A stretch of DNA of 64,000 bases from Candidatus Binatus sp. Lineage in GTDB: Bacteria > Desulfobacterota > Binatia > Binatales > Binataceae. The stretch spans positions 12,455 to 76,454 of the forward strand of contig NZ_JBEKFG010000003.1 in assembly GCF_050013435.1 (NCBI RefSeq), in the 5' to 3' direction. Of the stretch, positions 59,786 through 64,000 are shown one piece after another; position 1 is the stretch's first letter, and each line of letters opens with the position of its first letter. Below the pieces are notes generated by a model. That model made no database searches, was not told where the DNA came from, and was given only the letters and a program-made list of their open reading frames with translations. A program made the position numbers and the translations under genes.

Positions 59786-60702
59786 CGTGCGCTCCGCTCG
59801 ATGCATCGGATCCTTGCACTGCGCGCGCGCGAATTGCGCGAAGTTTCCGACGACGACGGCTTGATCACCTTGCGCGCAATCGCCGTGTAGTCGCCGCCGC
59901 GCACCAGCTCGCGAAAACGCTCCTTGACCGGACGGTCTTCGAGCGAATGATACGAAATAAACAGCATCCGGCCGCCGGGATTGAGCATCGCCGGGCCATC
60001 GCGCAGCAGCGCCGCGAGACTTTCCAGCTCGTGATTCACCGCGATTCGAAGCGCCTGGAAGGTGCGTGTCGCCGGATGCGCGCCGCCGCGGCGATGCGCT
60101 CCCAGCGCGCGCTCGACGATCGCGCGCAATTCGCCGGTCGTCTCGATCGGACTGCGCCGGCGCGCCTCGACGATCATCCTCGCTATCCGCCGCGACGCCC
60201 GCTCCTCGCCGTACGTATATATGATGCGCGCGAGCTCCTCGGCGCTCTCTTCATTGACGATGTCGCGCGCGCGGATCGCTTGCCGGTCGTCCATCCGCAT
60301 GTCGAGCGGACCATCGAGCCGAAATGAAAACCCGCGCTGCGGATCGTCGAGCGCGTAGCTGCTCATGCCGAGATCGGCAAGCATCGCGTCGGCGCCATCG
60401 AAGCCGTGATGCTTCATCGTGGCCGCGAGTTCGCCGAAGTCCGCCCGCTCCAGCACCACGCGATCGCCAAACTGCGCCAGCCGCTCGCGTGCGAATCCCA
60501 ACGCCGCTCCGTCGCGATCCAGCCCGAGCATCCGCGCCTTGGTCGCGCGCAGCATCGCCTCGGCATGTCCTCCTGTCCCGACCGTCACGTCGACGAACGC
60601 GAGCGGACCGTGTGCGGACAGCAGCCCGCACACCTCCTCCACCATCACCGGCACATGCCTCCGGTCCGCCGCGTCGTCTTCGTGTATGGCCGCCAGACTC
60701 AT
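59782..60702 (-). CDS. rsmH: 16S rRNA m4C1402 methyltransferase
   Basis: HVPVM, GTGGHA, DLGMSS, GPLDMRMD, HPATRTFQALRIAVN, SYHSLED. Confidence 0.96.
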   Translation of the reverse strand: MSLAAIHEDDAADRRHVPVMVEEVCGLLSAHGPLAFVDVTVGTGGHAEAMLRATKARMLGLDRDGAALGFARERLAQFGDRVVLERADFGELAATMKHHGFDGADAMLADLGMSSYALDDPQRGFSFRLDGPLDMRMDDRQAIRARDIVNEESAEELARIIYTYGEERASRRIARMIVEARRRSPIETTGELRAIVERALGAHRRGGAHPATRTFQALRIAVNHELESLAALLRDGPAMLNPGGRMLFISYHSLEDRPVKERFRELVRGGDYTAIARKVIKPSSSETSRNSRARSARIRCIERSAR

Positions 60703-60708
60703 CACTCG

Positions 60709-61158
60709 TCACAGACCCAGCTTCGAAAAAAATTCCGGATCCATTATCTTCTCCTCGGTGGCCTTCAAGACCTTCTCGAGGATCTGCTTGTCCCAAAGTT
60801 GAAAATGATCCTGCCGCGCCGAAAACGTCACCTCGCGATCCAGCCCCGCATATTCGCGAAGCTTGGGCGGAATCAAAATCCGTCCCTGCCGATCCACGGG
60901 CACCTCATGCGCTCCGCCGATGATCAGCGTCTCGAACACCTGCACCCGCGGATCGAATCTCGGCTTGGTCTGCAGATGCGCGTTGAGCGTCTCCCACTGA
61001 CTCGGTGGATACAGCGCCAGGCACCGCTCTCCGTCAAACGGAAAATTCGTGATATAAAGACGATCGTGATTCTCGCGCTGGAGAACTTCGCGAAATCGGG
61101 CAGGGATACTCACCCTCCCTTTCTCGTCGATCGAATGGTCGAAGCGACCGTTGAACAC
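60709..61158 (-). CDS. mraZ: Transcriptional regulator MraZ
   Basis: IDEKGRVSIP and VDRQGRILIP repeats. Confidence 0.95.
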   Translation of the reverse strand: MFNGRFDHSIDEKGRVSIPARFREVLQRENHDRLYITNFPFDGERCLALYPPSQWETLNAHLQTKPRFDPRVQVFETLIIGGAHEVPVDRQGRILIPPKLREYAGLDREVTFSARQDHFQLWDKQILEKVLKATEEKIMDPEFFSKLGL

Positions 61159-61177
61159 CGTGTCTCCTCCCCAGCGT

Positions 61178-61202
61178 CCCACAACATCCCACTCTTCCCC
61201 AC
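61178..61202 (-). promoter_or_regulatory. MraZ binding repeats
   Basis: Three GTGGG boxes at 10-nt periodicity just upstream of mraZ. Confidence 0.8.
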
Positions 61203-61482
61203 TTCAGTCAAGCAATTCGCCGATCCTGCGATGAGATAAACTGACTATTTGATCGAATAGTTAGTAATCGAAGAAAAAGCGAAAGAAGGTCATCCAATTA
61301 CTATTCGGCGGGCAGCCCGGGTTACGGGGGCATCCGGGCAGCCGGGCGGTCCGCGCGTTCCCTGAAAAAAGCTCAGCTTGACAGGGACGCCACTGATTGG
61401 CGAAACTCGCGCCGACTCCATAGTCGATCCATCAAATTAAGAATTAAGGACCCTAAAGCTCATCAGGGCAGAGAGAGGATAG

Positions 61483-62274
61483 ATGAAGACGGGAAATTCT
61501 TGGCTGCGAACGGCCGCAGTCGTAGCAGCAGGCATAGTACTGACGGTGCTGGTTACCAGCCCCGCCGCTCATTCGAAGCAAAAAAAGAAACAGGTTCCGA
61601 CGCCGACCGAAACCGTGACGCCGACCGCCACGCCGACCCCTGATGTTCACGTGTGGAATTTTGATCAGGACAAAGCGGGCGCCGTGCCCGAGGGATGGAA
61701 ACCGCTTGAAGGCGATTGGCAGGTGATTGCCGATCCGAGCGCGCCGAGCAAGCCCAATACCTTCGGCTTGCCGGCGGGCCGCCTGCTCAAGTCGCTGACC
61801 AACGCGCTCGAGTATTACCCAATGGCAATTCAAACCGATCCGACTGAGTATTCCGACTTTACTCTCGAAGCTCAGTTCAAATCTGCCGGCGGACGCTTCG
61901 ATTGCTCCGGCGGTCTCATCTTCCGCTTCGTCGACGACAAAAACTTCTACCTGCTTTCCGCGGGATGCCCCAGCGATTACTTCGCGCTGTCGCGGATGAC
62001 CAACGGGCAGATCGTCCCGCTCAAGCAGAACGTGGTGCCCACCGACAAAGACACCTGGTACCGGCTCAAGGTCACGGTCCAGGGCGGGCACTTCATGTGT
62101 TACGACGATGACAAGATGATCTTCGATTTCGACGACAGCAAAATAGCCAAAGGAAAAATCGGGCTGTGGGCGCGCGACGATTCGCAGGCGCAATTCGACG
62201 ACGTGAAGATCACGCTGCTTGCCGCAGGCGACAGCGGAGCGCCCGCCGCGCCCGCCGCGTCGCCGTCACCGTAG
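61483..62274 (+). CDS. Secreted DUF1080/concanavalin-like (3-keto-disaccharide hydrolase-like) protein
   Basis: Signal peptide, PT-rich linker, GGLIFR..D..NFY, WYRLKV, GKIGLW, FDDVKI. Confidence 0.7.
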   Translation: MKTGNSWLRTAAVVAAGIVLTVLVTSPAAHSKQKKKQVPTPTETVTPTATPTPDVHVWNFDQDKAGAVPEGWKPLEGDWQVIADPSAPSKPNTFGLPAGRLLKSLTNALEYYPMAIQTDPTEYSDFTLEAQFKSAGGRFDCSGGLIFRFVDDKNFYLLSAGCPSDYFALSRMTNGQIVPLKQNVVPTDKDTWYRLKVTVQGGHFMCYDDDKMIFDFDDSKIAKGKIGLWARDDSQAQFDDVKITLLAAGDSGAPAAPAASPSP

Positions 62275-62371
62275 TCGATTCGTTCTCGAGGTTCGCCGAC
62301 GCGATAACAGTTTCGCCAGGCGCCCGCGCGATGGTTGCATCCGGGCGCCTGGCAACTTACTCTAAACCCTG

Positions 62372-62617
62372 ATGGAAACCGTCGAAGATAAAGACCGCGT
62401 CGAGTTTCAAATCCAGCCGCTGCGCGGTGCCCGCCTGGTCGGGGAAGTCGCTGGCGGAGTTGGCCGCGCGCTGGGTCTGACCCTGTTCTGGGGACTGGAA
62501 ATCGTCCGCGATTCCTACTTCCGCCTGCTCGATCGTCTCAACGTTCGCCCGCGCCGCAAACGCGCGAGCGCGTTTCCTCCCGGCCAGCCGAAAAAGCGCA
62601 AAGCCCCCGCTCGCTAA
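62372..62617 (+). CDS. Small hypothetical protein
   Basis: 81-aa ORF filling the gap; hydrophobic centre and basic tail. Confidence 0.55.
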   Translation: METVEDKDRVEFQIQPLRGARLVGEVAGGVGRALGLTLFWGLEIVRDSYFRLLDRLNVRPRRKRASAFPPGQPKKRKAPAR

Positions 62618-62646
62618 CCGGACTCCCGCGCGCTGGTTTTTTTCCG

Positions 62647-64000
62647 TTATCCCGAGCGAAGTCTGCGCAGCCGGGGAACCCGCGGACGGGCTGTTTCATT
62701 CTCATCGAGCACCTGCGCCAGGTATCGCGCGAGCTTTTCGTCGAGCACCCGCACCAGCGCGTCGGTCTGCGCGGCTTGCGTGATCTTCAGAAATCCTTCG
62801 AGGCGATGCTCGCGGTCGTGAATCCGAATCAGCCGCGCGATCATGCTTTGCGAGAGCGCCGCCAGTTTGATCTCGAGTGCGCGACGAATCCCTTCCATCG
62901 CTTCTTCGAGTTCCGCCTGTGGCGGCGCCGCGCCCAGTTGAAACCCGCAGCTCGAGCATCGCGGCGTCGTCTCGGGCGCGATTGCGTCCTTCAGCTCGCA
63001 TCGCACCACGCGCGCGCCCAGCTCCACCACCCGCGCCCCCAGATGCTCGCCTTCGGGCGGACCCAGCGCGGCGATCGCGTTGAGCCGGGTGAGCGCGTCG
63101 AAGTAACGCCGCGCGTCGCCGGCCACCAGCTCCAGCCGCTCCATCTTCACGCGCCATCGCTCATGCGCGCTCAGGTAACACTGCACGTACGTCCATTTGA
63201 ATTTTTGAAACCGCGCTTCCAGCGCGTCCAGACTGCGCGGCGGACCCGTCAGGATTCGCGGCCCAAGTTCCACCCGGAGCAGTTCGCACTCGGTCTCCAA
63301 TGAAACGACCGCCGATTCGCGCGCGGCACTTTCCAATAAGCCGGCCTCGCCCGGCGCCGCGCGCAGCCCCGTCGCATTGAGAAACTCGCGCATCGAGCGC
63401 ATCCGCGGGATCGATTCGCAAGCGGCCGCGATCGCCTCGTACGCGCCGGCAATCCGGATCGCCGAGGCGAGATACGCTCGATCGGACGCCGCCTCGAGCA
63501 TCGCCGCCGCGCCCGATTCCGCAAGCCCGATATATTCCGCGATCGCCGTGCGATTAGCCGCGGGCATCTCGAGGTTCGCTTCCGCAAGCGCCGCCGCCAG
63601 CACGATTCGCGTGCCGATTGCCGCCTCGACCGCGTCGGCCATCGCGGCTTCGAGTCGTTTCAGCCGTGCGTCCAGTTCCTCGCGGTCGCGCGCGAGCGCA
63701 AGCCGCGGATCGAATCGCCGCGCCAGCTCGAGCACCGCGTTAAACGCCGCGAGCTCCGGCGCGCCGGCGGCCTGCGGGTCGAAGCGGGCCGCGTCGGTCT
63801 CGAAGCGGATCACGCCGCCGGTGGACACCTCCAGGCGGCGCAACAACTCGCGCACCGCCGCAACCGCCCGCTCATTGGCGATACCGCCGCGCGCGACCAT
63901 CGGCACTCGCGACTTCAGTTCCTTGATCGCCAGCGCCGCCGTGCCGCCGCACACGTTCTCCATGATCAGCGAGTCGATTATTTCGCGCGCGAGATCCTTC
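62647..64000 (-). CDS. Hypothetical helical protein with CxxC motif (5' truncated by window edge)
   Basis: Frame open to the window end; C-terminal RCSSCGF. Confidence 0.6.
   Translation of the reverse strand, partial: KDLAREIIDSLIMENVCGGTAALAIKELKSRVPMVARGGIANERAVAAVRELLRRLEVSTGGVIRFETDAARFDPQAAGAPELAAFNAVLELARRFDPRLALARDREELDARLKRLEAAMADAVEAAIGTRIVLAAALAEANLEMPAANRTAIAEYIGLAESGAAAMLEAASDRAYLASAIRIAGAYEAIAAACESIPRMRSMREFLNATGLRAAPGEAGLLESAARESAVVSLETECELLRVELGPRILTGPPRSLDALEARFQKFKWTYVQCYLSAHERWRVKMERLELVAGDARRYFDALTRLNAIAALGPPEGEHLGARVVELGARVVRCELKDAIAPETTPRCSSCGFQLGAAPPQAELEEAMEGIRRALEIKLAALSQSMIARLIRIHDREHRLEGFLKITQAAQTDALVRVLDEKLARYLAQVLDENETARPRVPRLRRLRSG

Overview
High-GC bacterial chromosomal window. 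The gene style and the tandem DUF1329-like expansion suggest Ca. Binatus/Binatota, which is an inference only. Left to right: CBS protein fragment; CHASE3 kinase/response regulator/hybrid kinase operon; MaoC dehydratase; MFS transporter; a lasso-peptide (RiPP) gene cluster at 7.3-15.0 kb ending at tRNA-Lys; a sensor-less sigma54 activator; a ba3-type oxidase operon; a glycosyltransferase/sqdB/triple sulfotransferase locus; a CYTH-like gene with a split chromate transporter; three tandem DUF1329-like paralogs; an ArsR-DUF2087 regulator with a palindromic operator; tRNA-Glu; panE; a JAB peptidase; a toxin-antitoxin pair; malic enzyme and pckG; a scarred hotspot between pckG and ftsZ; and a dcw cluster lacking murF and ddl. 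The main find is the lasso cluster. It has a 56-aa precursor absent from the ORF track (10954-11124; predicted core SGGTATPVDSMSGMTGPPM, Ser1-Asp9 ring), an RRE, a cyclase, a PRMT-fold methyltransferase with remodelled motifs and an RRE-like tail, an HPr-type kinase and a nucleotidyltransferase. No B2 leader peptidase is visible in the window. All family calls come from motif recognition by eye, not database searches.
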